From: Prorocentrum cordatum
Lineage: Eukaryota
Reading direction: 5' to 3'
Length of the DNA: 64,000 nucleotides
Assembly (NCBI GenBank): GCA_963575745.1
Contig: CAUYUJ010000015.1
Span: 248,001 to 312,000, forward strand
Shown: in pieces, positions 11,660 to 24,527 of the stretch
Layout of the letters: each line of letters opens with the position of its first letter
Position numbering within the stretch: the stretch's first letter is position 1
Translations under genes and position numbers: made by a program
Notes under the pieces: generated by a model
Told to the model about the DNA's origin: nothing
The model's database searches: none
The model's input: the letters and a program-made list of their open reading frames with translations, nothing else

Positions 11660-13929
11660 GCGTCGTGTTTTCCTAGACTTCTTTGCCGCGGGCGCGGCAG
11701 ACTGATCGTCAATCTTGCGCTTCAGCATGAATGGTGCCAGCTGCGCGCTGAGAGCACCGCCCTTCTGGATGGCGCACTTGTTGGCCAAAACTGGCACAGA
11801 CACCGATGGCACCACCGTAGACTTGATGGTCTTGAAATTCACGTTGGGACCACCGTGCCCACCTACACCCTGCGCGAGCCAGAAGGGGATGACGAAGGAA
11901 CTCGGGGCCTGCTGAAGCCCCTCAACGCCTGCGTTCGTCCCCATCTCAGGCATCTCGGTGACGCCATTGGGGAACCAGCACGTTGTCATGAACATGCACC
12001 CGTTCTGCGCGATGCCAGTCGGCTTCCCCATGGCGGCTGTCGCGGCGAGCGGGGCAATCACCAGCTCCCCAGCCTCGAACGAACGCGCTGCGGTGGCAGC
12101 ACGGAACTTCACAGGCGTAGCTGCGCCACTCAAGCCTTTGATGGATTCGCAGTTCTGGCTGTGTGCGCCGTCCAATGCCAGCCTGAGCTCGGGCCCCTCT
12201 ACTCGCCCTTGCCAGTCGGCAGACTCGAGGGCGCCGCGGCCAGCAAACTCGTCGACAGTTCCCAGGGGGGGGCAGCGGAGAGGAGACGCGCGACGCGAAG
12301 CAGTTGGGCAGGAGAAGTGAGACGAGAGAGCGAGGTGAAAGGAATCAATGCGCAAGGACGGGCTGCACTTCGAATGCATGGCTGCGACGAGATCCCAAGA
12401 CTGTCCTTCATCACCGTGCTCGATGTGAACTTCCCCTTCAAAAAGTCACCCACTGTGTGGGACTCGACCTTGCTGTTGATGACCAGCTGCGCGCCGCTGG
12501 CGATGTCGCCGGCAAGCTCGAACACTCTCTCAGTGTCGCTCGCCAGGCAGACCCTGGCGCCAGCCGCGAACCCCTGTCAGCTAGCTTGTCTGACTGGTTC
12601 GACCGCGCGCTCGTCTCGACTGCCAGCGCACCTGCGTTGTCGCGCATCTGGGCGCGGTGGATTACGCGCTGGCCTGCCATGGGCTAGCCGCTGCTCTGCC
12701 CGCGCGCGCTGCCAACGCAGCGGCGAAGCTGGCCCCAATATCATTCAGCGTCTCGCAGCTGCCCAAGCGCTCGTCTGGCCTGCCGAACATGAAATGAACT
12801 ACCCGAACGTCAGTCAACCCCATGGTGGTGCCGTAGGCGACCGCGCCTGCCGTGATCCCTTCCTCCATTTTTCCGATGTGTCGCACTTTATGGAGAAATC
12901 CAGCAGCGTTGGCCATCCCTGCAGAACTTGCCCGTCGCGCGCGCCGCGGCCTTCATGCATGCGAGCTTGAAAGTCACATCACCCCCCTTTGGTTTGATCA
13001 GCACGTCCGCGAGGGACTTCGCCACGGCGCCAGTGACCACACACTGGGCGGTCAATTGCCGCGAGAAGTCGCGCAGCTCGCACAGGAAGATTAGGTCAGC
13101 GAGGACGCCAGACAACTCCTTTCATATTGCCTAGCCCATCAGTCTTGCCAGGGAAGGGCCAGCGCGAGTAGCCTCCTTGACGACCTTTTCCCAATCGATC
13201 GCGGTTTGCAGGAGATCCGATCTTGAACACCATGCTCATGCGACTATCGCACAGCGCAATGAATCTGCTGGCCAGCATTGCCAGCTGCTTGCGCCGGGTT
13301 GCTGACCCAAGGGAACTGCTTGACACACTCATACAATTTGTTGTTAACAAAAAAACTGTGCATTCGATGCCCTCACCGCAAGCCTTTGAGTAATCGGGCT
13401 GCGCCTCGCGCAGTCTCTTCGCTGACAACTTACCCTCCTGTGATCTTTTAGCAAACCGTGATGGCTTGACCGTGGGTACTGGAACTTCTGCGCTAAATCT
13501 TCGCAATCCCATGTTCTCGTGCCCACGAGTGTAGCTTGTGAACTTCGCCTCGCAATCGCATGAAGGCAACTGGCCTTCATAATCCTGCATCACTTCAAAA
13601 TTGAACGTTTTGGTATTATCATACTCAGGTGCGCCCACTGGTGGAAGCCCCATGCATGCGGGATCCACGAGGGCCGAATGTTTAAAACCATTCCTGAAGA
13701 TCTTCGCTATCAAGTCTGGAATGGTATCATCTCCATATCGGTTCTCCGTGCACACAAACATATATTTGGAGCGTGTCTTCTCCGCCCCGAGGCAAACAAT
13801 ATTCCTGGCGATCTCGCATACGTCCTCGAACAAGGAAACAACGGGCGCATCGGGCTGCAAGTGCGCACTCTTGACCGCCATAATATCAGTCTTGACACTC
13901 AATATGCTCTTCTCTCGGCAGGCGTTCAT
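11660..13929 (-). pseudogene. Frameshifted ParB-like (N-term) / SET-like (C-term) gene, homologous in layout to 27200-29600
   Basis: ENRYG...LIAKIFRNGF near N-term; ARSFEAGELVIAP, PFWL, PNV, VSVPVLANKCAIQKGGAL near C-term, paralleling MHWSWAV..SNM..IKVPVLVNSTPVKKGGEL at 29.3-29.5 kb. Confidence 0.55.
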
Positions 13930-13962
13930 GACGCCGCGTGAAAGAAATCCTAGTCCAAACCG

Positions 13963-13981
13963 CTCGAGCCAAAACTACGGA
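13963..13981 (-). other. Relic dinoflagellate spliced leader
   Basis: Minus strand reads TCCGTAG---TTTTGGCTCGAG versus SL DCCGTAGCCATTTTGGCTCAAG; 33 nt upstream of ATG 13929. Confidence 0.7.
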
Positions 13982-14394
13982 CCACGGACATGATATACAA
14001 TCGAGCATTGCAATGTCGGGATGCATGAGCTCATCTACATTGCGCTGCATTATTGCAAAGCTTTGTAAGAGACGCTGAGTGCGTTCACGCGCACACGTGG
14101 ATCATAATATATTGAATGCAAGATCCAGAAAACCGAACCCGTGCATGCGATTCTGGGCGCGCATATAAGGAAAAACGCGATGCAACAACCAATGTTTCGT
14201 GCAATCGCATAGAAGTTAGCGAACTTATTAACTTCGCTAATACATGATATCTATGCTCAACTACGTCGCCCTAGTTAGCCGACGTAGTCACGTTGCTAAC
14301 GGTTATAACCTACTTAAAACATACTTGTAACTAACATATAGTCTACTTACAACCCGTGCTAACCGATACTAGCCTCGAGGTCTTTCAAGTGGTA

Positions 14395-14715
14395 GCTGGG
14401 AACGGGGAGTCGGGAACCAGGGACTGGGAACCGGGAGCAGGGAACTGGGAACCGGGAGCGGGGAACAGGGAACCTTGCAGGAATTGGGAGCCAGGAGCCA
14501 GGAATCAGGACCGGGAACCCAGAGCTGGGAAAAGGGAGCCGGTCGGGAACCAGGAACCTGGAACCTGGAATTGGGAGCCGGGAGCCAGGAACCGCGAACC
14601 GAGAACCGCGAACCGAGAATAGGGAAACGGGACCGAAACCAGGGGCCGGGATCCGGGAAACAGGAACGCAGGATTTGGGACATGTGTTCGGGAATTGGAG
14701 AATTGGGAGAGAGGG
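14395..14715. repeat. GGGAACC/GGGAGCC 7-mer-type minisatellite (second block 18185-18535)
   Basis: Visible periodic gggaacc/gggagcc units in both blocks, same orientation. Confidence 0.85.
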
Positions 14716-14729
14716 ATAACGAATGATAT

Positions 14730-15205
14730 ATAATAATAATAATAATAGTAATGATAATAGTAATAATAATAATAATTGAATAAATAAATAAATAAATACA
14801 TAAATAAATAAATGAATAAATAAATAAATATATCAATAATAATAATAATAAATTTATACACATACATGATACCGGAGAGACGCCCAAATCAGGGCTATAG
14901 GGCTAGGGGGCTATAGAGCTATATGGCTATAGAGTTGTAGGGCTATTGGGCTATTGGGCTATAGGGCTATAGGGCGTAGGGCTATAGGGCTACAGGGCAC
15001 CCCTGGGCACGCCTGGGCACCCAGGCACTCCGGGCACCCCCTGGGCACCCAGGCCCCGGGCACCCCCGGGCACCCAGGCACCCGGGCGTGCAGCGAAAAT
15101 CGGCGACAAACCTCACTTAACCATATGAATCTGCTAGGGCCCGTACAGAGGCTAGCTTTGATTGGGGAATTTTATCACATGCACATATACACGTATACAC
15201 ACACA

Positions 15206-15243
<38 letters not shown>

Positions 15244-15265
15244 TGCATACATACATACATACATA
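14730..15265. repeat. Run of simple repeats: (TAA)n/(TAAA)n, (GGGCTATA)n, (GGGCACCC)n, (TA)n
   Basis: Directly visible tandem units. Confidence 0.9.
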
Positions 15266-15479
15266 CATCGGAGATGAGGGGGTGGGGTCGAAGTGGAACG
15301 GAGAGCCCCCTACCGGGAAATCGGTTTCGGTTTCGTGTTCGTGCGTGCCGTGCATGCGGGCGAGGCGAAGCTAGGGGGGCGGGCGAGAAATGTCCCGCCT
15401 CTGGCTGAGGCGCGGCCAGACCAAAAGTCTCCGTTCCGGCAAACGGTGCCCCGCGGTGTCCCACCGGTGTTCCGCTGGT

Positions 15480-15581
15480 GTCCCGATGATGATGATGATG
15501 ATGACGATGTTGATGATGATGATGGCCATGGTGGTGATGATGATGGTATCCCGATGATGAAGATTATGTTGATGATGCTGT

Positions 15582-15619
<38 letters not shown>

Positions 15620-16390
15620 GTGTCCCGATGTTGACGGCGATGATGTTGATGATCTAGATGATGTTAATGGTGATGAGATGATGATGGTGATGATGACGAT
15701 GAGGGTGCCCCGATGGTGATTATGAGGTTGAGTATGATGATGTTGCTGGTGATGGTGATGATGATGATGGTGTCCAGATGGTGATGACGGTGTTGATGAT
15801 GATGACGATGATGGTGCCCCGATGACGCTTATGCTGAGGTTGCTGAAGATGATCTTGATGTGGTGATGATGATGATGTTGATGGTGGTGGCCCGGTGATG
15901 ATGATGCTGATGTTGATGATGATGGTGTCCCGAGGATGATGATTGTGGTGATGATATCATGACGATGATGTTGGTGCCCCGATGATGGTGATGTTGGTGA
16001 TGATGATGATGTTGCTGATGGTGGCGACGATGGTGTCCCGATGATGATGTTGATGATGTGGTTCATGATGATGATGAGTTGATGATGATGATGGTTCTGA
16101 TCGTGGTAGTCCGATGATGGTGATGATGGTGTCCCGACGATGATGATGATGATGATGTTGATGATGGAGATGCTGACGATGATGATGTTCCGATGATGGT
16201 GATGATGGGGGTCATGATGATGATGATGGCCATGGTGGTGACGGTGATGGTGTCCCGATGATGATGTTAATGATGCTGATGTTGCTGATGATGATGGTGC
16301 CCCGGTGACGATGATAATATTGATGGTCTTGATGATGATGATATGATGGGATGATGGTGATGGTGATGAAGATGATGATGACCGTGTCCC

Positions 16391-16423
<33 letters not shown>

Positions 16424-17040
16424 AGGGTTGATGCTGATGCTGTTGATGCTGGTGTTGATGATGATGGAACCCCGATGCTGGTGATAATATTGATGATGCT
16501 GATGATGACGATGGTGGTGTTCGATGATGGTAATGATGATGATGCTGATGTTGGGGATGATGATAAGGTGGTGATGATTTTGATGCTGGTGGCCCGATGA
16601 GGATGATGTTGATGTTGATGATGATGGTGTCCCGATGATGATGATGATGATGGTGATGCTGGTGGTAACGATGATGATGGTGTCCCGATGATGATGATGT
16701 TGGTGATGATGGTGCTGCTGCTGATGATGATGGTGTCCCGATGATGTTGATGACGTGGATGACGATGATGTCGATGATGATAATGGCGTTGTTTGTGAGA
16801 TCGATTGTGATATCGATTGTGAGATCGATAGTGAAACCGAATGTGGGATAGATTGTGAGGTCGATAGTGAGATCGACAGCGAGATCGATTGTGAGATCGA
16901 TAATGAATCATATCGGTTGTGGGATTGATCGAACGAAAAAGATCGAATGGTATCGTGTGTGGGGTCGACCGAGTGAGATCGATCGAACGAGACCGATAGT
17001 GATATCGATCGTAAGATCGATATTGAGACCGATCGAGTGA
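15480..17040. repeat. Degenerate (GAT)n punctuated by GGTGTCCCG, followed by GATCGA-rich repeat
   Basis: Directly visible. Confidence 0.9.
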
Positions 17041-17733
17041 GACGTTGGTTCCTCCCCCCCCCGAACTTTCTTATCACCCGAAGGGTGGTCGTAAAGAATA
17101 TACAAACATAATGAGAGAGAGAGAGAGAGAAACAAAAAAGAGAGAGACAAAGAAACAGAGCGCGAGAGAGAAATACACAAAAATATGAGGTTGAAAGATA
17201 CATAGAGGGAGGACTGTGGGGATACGTGAATAAGTAGAGATGTCTTCAGAATGATCAATATGTGCACACTATATTTAGGTGTTATAGTATATAGGTGTGT
17301 TTCCACGTGTGCACTATAAATGTGTGTAGGCCTTTGTAGAAAGGGAGGGAGGGATATATTGATAGGGGAAGGTGTGGATAACCGCAGGGCTTCACATGTA
17401 CATTGATATGTGTATCGTGTTCGTTTCAGCTAAGTTCTTTGATCTTCAGATTCAGTCATGTTATCATATGGGTACCCCGATAATATTGCACCAAGTAGAC
17501 ATACATTTACATGAGCATGTGTGCACATACATGTGCCGACACGAATACATATGACATAGTACAGCTGGATACAGATATTTAGAGAGTGAATGAGGGAGGC
17601 ACGAAACAAACGTAAGTGCTTACAGATGAATATGTAGATACGTGTGTGTATCCAGAGGTATGACAGTGACCGGTACACGTATACACATACACGCTCATAG
17701 TATGCGAATATGTTTCTACACGTCTACATGTAC

Positions 17734-17765
<32 letters not shown>

Positions 17766-18574
17766 GTGTAAGTACTCGTACGCATGTTCACAGACTGGTG
17801 CACATGTAGGGACAGCCTGAAGACATGTAAGGATATGTGTATATTGTGTGTATAAAGATTAACACAGAAAGAGAGAGAGAGAGGGAGTGAAAGAGAGAGA
17901 GAGAGAGAAAGGATACGAGAGGGGGCGCGGCCCATACATATACATGCATACTAACTAGGTAGATAGTATACACGGTGAAATGGATACGTATTCATATATA
18001 CACATACATCGAGAGAGAGGGATACATAAACAACAACAGCAACAACAACAACAACAACAACAACCACAACCACAACCACAACCACAACCACAACAACAAC
18101 ATATAAACAAATAGCGCCAGCAAAACGAGAAACTGGAGAAAGGGAGGGAGAGGAGAGAGGAATAGAGATAGAGAGAGAGAGAGAACCTGGGAGCCGGGAG
18201 CTGGGAACAGGGAACCGCGGGAACCGAAAACAGAACCGAGAACCAGGAATCGGGGACCAGGAACCGGAGACCGGGAACCGGGAGGCAGCAACCGGGAGCT
18301 TGGAACCAGGAAGAGGGAATTGGGAACCAGGAGCCAGGAAGGGGAACCGGGAACCAGGATACCGGGAACCGGGAACACCAGGAACGAGAAATGGGAGTTG
18401 GGAATCGGGAGTTGGGAACTGGGAGCCAGGAACAGGGACCGGGAACCGGGTACAGGGAACCCGGAACCACCAGGAGTTAACCCCCGGGAATTCGGGGAAC
18501 CGGGAACCCCGGGAACCCCGGGAACCGGAATCCAGAAATTCTGATTTTAAGAGACCTTATTTCTTCCTCCTCGT

Positions 18575-18601
18575 CGCCGTCATCATCATCACCATCATCA
18601 C

Positions 18602-18636
<35 letters not shown>

Positions 18637-18714
18637 GCATCATCATCATCGTCATCGTCATCGTCATCGTCATCATCGTCATCATGGTCATCATCAGCAG
18701 CAGAGCATCACCAC

Positions 18715-18768
<54 letters not shown>

Positions 18769-19330
18769 AGCGTTATCATCATCGGAAGCATCTTCATTAT
18801 CATCATCATCAAGAGCATCATCATCAGCATCATCGTCATCATCATTAGCATCATCGTTATCACCATTATTAGCCGAATCAGCAGCATCATACTCATTCAC
18901 CATCATCATGATCATGTTCATCATCTTCGTCTTCATCATCATCAGCAGCATCAGCATTACCATCATCACCGTCATCATCACCTTCATCCTCATCTGTATC
19001 CTCATCCTCATCCTCATCAGCAGCATCAGCAGTGTCAGCATCATCAACATCATCACCATCATCGTCATTATTCATGCCCCTCAGTCCTCCTCGTCCCTCC
19101 CCTCCTGGTTGGCATCCGCTTCCCTCGTTCTCTTCCGCCTGCCTTTCCTCCTCTCGCCCCTTGCTCCAGTGGTCGCCCCCTCTCCCTCCCTCCCCCTCCC
19201 TCCCTCCAAGGGGTCCTCACTCCTCCCTCCTCGTTCTTCCTCCTCCTCTCTCCTCCTCCTCCTCCTCCTCCTCCTCCTCCTCCTCCTCCTCCTCCTCCTC
19301 CTCCTCCTCCTCCTCCGCCTCCTCCTGCAA
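18575..19330. repeat. (CAT)n then (CCT)n microsatellites
   Basis: Directly visible. Confidence 0.92.
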
Positions 19331-21179
19331 GTCATTCCCCTCTCCCGTTCAGCACTTCCGGCAGCGTCGTCTCCGCAGGGGAGGAGCGGGCTTCCTTGCG
19401 CCGCCCAGGTGGATGCGTGGCCTGTGCTGTGGCTTTAGGGGGGGGGCTCGATGCCACGGCTGGGCGCGGCTCAGATAAACTCGTCGGGCGCGGTGCGCAG
19501 GAGGACCCGAGGGATGGATTTCGAGCACGGGTCGGCCTCGGGTCGACGCCAGAAGGCCGAGGCGCCAGGGTCGAGGGCTAAAAGTCAGGAGGAGAAAACA
19601 ACAAAAAAAAACAGACACGATTAATCCTCGACTCCCCGGAAAATATGGGACCATATGGGAAGTGGGAGGATGACAAAAAACAAGAAAATATATGAACATT
19701 TGGGGAATCCTGCTTTCTGTGTGCATGTCTTTGTGTGTCCAAGGGCCCCTTCAGAAAGGTCTGGCCCCTGCGCGCTCTCCACGTCTGCCCGGGCGCTCCC
19801 GGGCCCGCGGGGGCCTCCGCGAGGGGGCGGCGGGGAGCTCCAGGAGGCGACGGGCTCGCGCCGCGCCGGCGCGGCGGCGGAGTCTGCGCGGGCGCTCGAG
19901 GCTCCGGCCGCCCTCGGGGCGGGCCCGAGGGGCTTCTTGAGCCACCTCGGGCCCTCCGTGCGAGCGCGGGCTCTGCCTCGCGCGGGCTCTGCCTCGTGCG
20001 AGCTCTGCTCCGTCCGTGCGGATTCCGCGCGCGCGGGTTCCGCTTGGGCAGCGGGGCTCGCACGAAAATGGTACGGGCAGCGGAAATCACATGGTCAACA
20101 CGGCGCGCAACGAATCGAGAAACAGCCAGTAATCGATATAGGCAGGGATTGAGCCACCGACGAGAAGAATAAACGGAGGCGCCAGCCAGAAATTGTGTTC
20201 GATTCGTACACAAGTGGCTGCATAATGAACGAACGCTGTTCTGCCATATCCAACAGCAGAACACCATCTTGTGGAATGCCTAAACGGTGCAGTGGACACT
20301 GTGGCACGTAGTCCAAATCTAATGAGAGGTTCTCGTATTTCTGACGCGCTTGCAGTATGCACCCATGAAGGCCTCCGGGAGGGCCTCTGGATGTCTGTAG
20401 GGACCTCTGGAGACGTCCGGGGGCCTCCAGAAATGCCACCCTCTGTCAAAACGTAAAAACGCACACCTCTCGAGAGGCACGCCTTGACCAGAGTTCCAGG
20501 GGAAGGGGGGGCGGGGCCTGGCCCTGCCGACGAGAGCACCGACCGAGGCCGACATTACACGGCAAGGGCTTGGAAATGGGAGAAGGGTCAGAGGGCAACA
20601 ACATATGTACATGTACGCGGCTTGTTTTCGCCGAATTGCGTTTGAACGTGGAGGTTCGTGCACGCAAGACCGCGGAGGCCGTACATGTACACATGTCGTT
20701 GCTCGCTCAAAGGGATTAAGACACAGATTGTATCATAGATCAGGGCTCAGTTTAGCGATTGGAGCACTGTTTTCCGGGTCAAAAATCGCTCCTGGCCCCG
20801 CCATGTGAGACATCCTCGGAGAATGCCGATTGGCAGAATGGTTGGTTGTCCGGTTGGATGGTCGGTTGTTTGGTCGGCCAGTCGGCTTTGGTTGGTTGTT
20901 TGGCCCGTTGTTCGGCTGATTGGTTGGTTGGCCAGTCGCCCAAACGACTGCCCGCGCGCCAGCGCGACCGCGTGACCGCCAGCTCGCCTGCCCGCCCGCT
21001 TGCACGCGCGCGTGCGTGTGCCCGCCCGCCACGAGGGCGACGGCGACAACGAGGGCGACGGCGACAACGAGGACGGCGACGAGAGCGACGACGACGGTGA
21101 CGACGACGACGGCGACGACGACGGCGACGGCGACCACGACGACGGCGCCGACGACGTCTGCGACGTTTGCGAGGGGGCC

Positions 21180-21408
21180 GCGGGCGCCCCATCTCCGGGG
21201 GGGCACCCGCGGCGGCGGACGCGGGCGGCGGCAGCCGCGCCCGCTCGCGCGCGGCCGGCTCGCCGCCGGCCGCTTGGCCCTCGCTTGCCGCCCCCCGCCG
21301 GCTTGGCGCGGCGGCCGCTCCGAGGCCTCCTTGACCTCCTCGCCTTCCTCGGCCTCCTGGGCACTCGCCACTCGGCCGAGGTCGACGATGTCGTCTGCGC
21401 GCATGCCG
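21180..21408 (-). mobile_element. 3' remnant of the LINE-like element whose remainder lies at 38456-43250
   Basis: Joining 38456 to 21410 on the minus strand reads in frame PDPLREFCDALQA-Y-GMRADDIVDLGRVA. Confidence 0.7.
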
Positions 21409-21410
21409 TA

Positions 21411-21513
21411 ATCCAAAAGCCTCATAGCGAGATCGTTTAAAACAGTGCCAGGGCATTGTTTTAAAGAACGGCCGTTCTTTAAAACAGTCCCCCGGGACTG
21501 TTTTGAAGAACGC
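21411..21513 (+). repeat. Left terminal inverted repeat with two ~40-bp palindromes
   Basis: CGTT(CT)TTAAAACAGT-N8-AYTGTTTTRAAGAACG at 21434-21470 and 21473-21512; matches reverse complement of 38371-38453. Confidence 0.9.
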
Positions 21514-22187
21514 GGAAAAATGGTAGCGATGGGGAAAAAGGAGAAGAAGCCGACGACGAACTGTCGTCGGCTTCTGACTTTGGAGGAAGATGACGAGGAG
21601 GAGGAGGATGGAAGAGGGGGTGGAGGAGGAGAAACACGAGGAGCAGGAGGAGCAGAACGAGGAGAGATGTAGTTATCATGGGCGACGGAAGAGCAGAACG
21701 AGGAGGAGGAGGAAGAGGAGGAGGAGGCGGTGGCAGGCGCAGTGCGTAATTAATCCTCCTCCTCCTCCTCCTCCTCCTCCTCCTCCTCCTCCTCCTCCTC
21801 CTCCTCCTCCTCCTCCTCCTCCTCCTCCTCTTTCTCGACAATTACTCAATATGAATACTAATTACTCTCCGCTCGCAGATCCAATTTCTTAACGGCGGCG
21901 TTCCAATTGGCGGAGGGGTTCTGGAGGGGCGCCACATCACATCCCCGACCTCCTATGACGCTCGCCGTCGGCCCGGGTGCTCCACTCAGGTCACGGGGGG
22001 GGGATCGGGGGCGGGTCGTCGCCACGGCTGGACAGGCCCATACGATGAGAGCACGGCTCGGAAATGCCCCTCCAGAGCCAACCTAGCTTGCCCCTCCTCC
22101 TGCTCATGTTCCTCCGCCGCGTGCTCCTCCATTAAAATAATTACGTATTGTTTTCAGAAAAGTGTTTTTCGTCATCGTTCAGCAAAA

Positions 22188-22188
22188 T

Positions 22189-22220
<32 letters not shown>

Positions 22221-22755
22221 GAGGAGGAGGAGGAGGAGGAGGAGGAGGAAGACGGGGGGGAGGGGGAACGAGACGGAGGGGGAGGGAGATGAGGATGTTG
22301 AAAGAGGTGGGAGGATGTGGAGGAGGAGGAGGAGGAGGAGGAGGAGGAGGAGGAGGAGAGGAGGAGGACGACGAGGGAGGGGGGGAAGGGAAAGGAGGAC
22401 GAAGGGAGGAAGAAGAGGAAGGAGGAGGAGGGAGGAATATGAGGAGGAGGACGAGGACAATGACGAGAAGGAAGAGAGGAGGAGGAGGAGGAGGAGGAGG
22501 AGGAGGAGGAGGAGGAGGAGGAGGAGAGGAGGAGGAGGAGGAGGAGGAGGGAGGAGGAGGAGGAGGAGGAGGAGGAGGAGGAGGAGGAGGAGGAGGAGGA
22601 GGAGGAGGAGAGGAGGAGGAGGAGGAGGAGGAGGAGAGGAGAGGAGGAGGAGGAGGAGGAGAGGAGGAGGAGGGGAGAGGAGGAGGAGGGAGGAGGAGGA
22701 GGAGAGGAGGAGGAGGAGGAGGAGGAGAGGGGGGACGACGACGACGACGACGACA
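22188..22755. repeat. (GGA)n purine microsatellite inside the transposon
   Basis: Directly visible. Confidence 0.95.
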
Positions 22756-22839
22756 AGAAACACGCATATTCATCGATATTTGTCGCCATTTGGGGTTCAA
22801 GCGTTTCTTCAAACGTTTCATGCAAACGCAATTCGACTA

Positions 22840-24022
22840 ATGGACGAGGCCCGCGTCCGCGAGCGCCTCCGTCAGCGAATGTCTGGGTATGCAGCAGACC
22901 CAGGCGATGGGCATGGGGATGGAGATCACGGGTGGCAGGTGATCGGCGGTGGGGATCACGGGTGGCAGATCACGGGCGGCAGGTCACGCGTGGCAGGTGA
23001 TTGGCGGGTCGCAGGCGGCGGCCGCAATGGCGGCGGTTGGAGCCGCAGTGGCGGCCGCTGGAATGATGGTGGAGATAACGAGTGGGGAGGTGATCGGTGG
23101 AGCGGATGGGAAGAGCATTCGTCGAGCTGGTGGGGTGGATCTTGGCAGAGCGGCCGCAGTAGCGGATGGCGGGGCGACCCGTGGCGCGCAGAAAACCAGC
23201 AGCCAACGGCAGCGGCGGGCACGGGAGCCGCTCATGAGTCCGCGCCTGCAGAGATCGCGCAACTGACGACGGCGACCCGCGAGGGTGGCAAAGAAGAAGG
23301 CGCAGTTGCGCTTGGCCGATGGGAAGGCGCAGTCGCGCCAGCCACAGAGCCCGCGGCAGAGGAGGAAGCGGCGCCGATCGTATACACGCTCGATTATTTC
23401 CAAAACTACGATAAAGGTTGGAATGGCAATTATAGGCAACACAACGCGGCGTTGAAGTTCTTTCGGGGTGACCTGGAAGAGTTCGCCGCCACCCGCATTT
23501 TCAACACCGCAGTTGCGGAGATGATCCCGTGCATCATCAAAGCCAAGAAGCGCGGGACACATCAGGACAACACGGATTGGCAGTTCAGCGGCGACAGTTT
23601 CACTCCTTGGTCCTGGCTGGAGATGGTTGCGCAGCTGGGCGCGTCTACGATGGAACGAGTGGTGCGCGGCCGCGGTCGCAGTCCTGATGGGGGCCGCAGT
23701 CGCGGTTTGGTCAGTTGCAGTTTGCCCATGCCCGAATTCGCACGACCACAACAGGCAGGCGAAACGCGTGCGTGACAAACACGAGGAGGGCGTCAAGCTG
23801 CAGAGGTGGGATTTCCTCCTGCGCCGTGACGATGGTTCTGGCATTCGTATTCACCCCGAGTGGTCGGAAACGAATTTCCGCATGCACGAGGAGGAGCCGC
23901 ATTCGAGTGCCGCGCCTGCGCCGCGGAAAGGGCTTGGCCAGAGCGACGGGGCTGGGACGTTCCGCTGGCACAAGCAATTGGGCACCCAAGAAATCCCAGG
24001 ACGTTTCGACGGCGAGAAATGA
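22840..24022 (+). pseudogene. Cargo gene A, unknown function; Trp/Gly-rich N-terminus; frameshift near 23722
   Basis: ATG 22840; globular-looking segments YRQHNAALKFFR, PWSWLEMVAQL, WDFLLRRDDGSGIRIHPEWS. Confidence 0.65.
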
Positions 24023-24527
24023 GCGCATTCGCCGCCGCGGCGGGGTTAATAAGTTGCGAGCGCTGCGCGCATGAAGCCGCAGTCGCGGCGGTTGCTTAGC
24101 GATTGAGTCGCGCGGGGCTGAATTGACTCTGATTTGGCGCGGTTAAGCGAGATGGTGAAGCCGCAGTTGCGGCGCTCAGAGTCGCATCTGCTTCATGCGG
24201 GGGCTTGCTTTGCCAGTGGAGCTGGAAAAGGAAAAACCCGTCTTCGCCCGCCTCGTCGTCGTTCTCCTCGCCGTCGTTCTCCTCGTCGTTCTCCTCCCCT
24301 GTCCAATCAGTCCCTCGTGTCCAAGCAGTCTCTCACAACATGTCCCTCGTGTCCGGTCAGTCCCTCGTCCAATCAGTCCCTCGTTCTCCCCGAGCTCCCC
24401 CCGAACCTTCTCGCTCGCCTCGCTGCCCTCCTCGCCCGCCGCAGCCGCTGCCCACCTCGAGCCCTGGCCCGGGGCGGTCGCCCCCCGCGCGCGCGCGAGG
24501 CCCGCGCATCCCTCATGGCAGGGTAAA

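Noticed and set aside
11000..12970. 656-aa plus-strand ORF
   Set aside because: Antisense shadow of the minus-strand ParB/SET-like pseudogene plus GC-rich low complexity.
19379..19408. Possible 30-nt micro-exon (cag|...|gtgg)
   Set aside because: Too short to support without transcripts.
22040..22076. Hammerhead ribozyme core (GATGA-GAGC..GCTC-GGAAA)
   Set aside because: Lacks CUGA, has an extra G and no UH cleavage site at the paired strand; kept only as a generic structured-RNA candidate.
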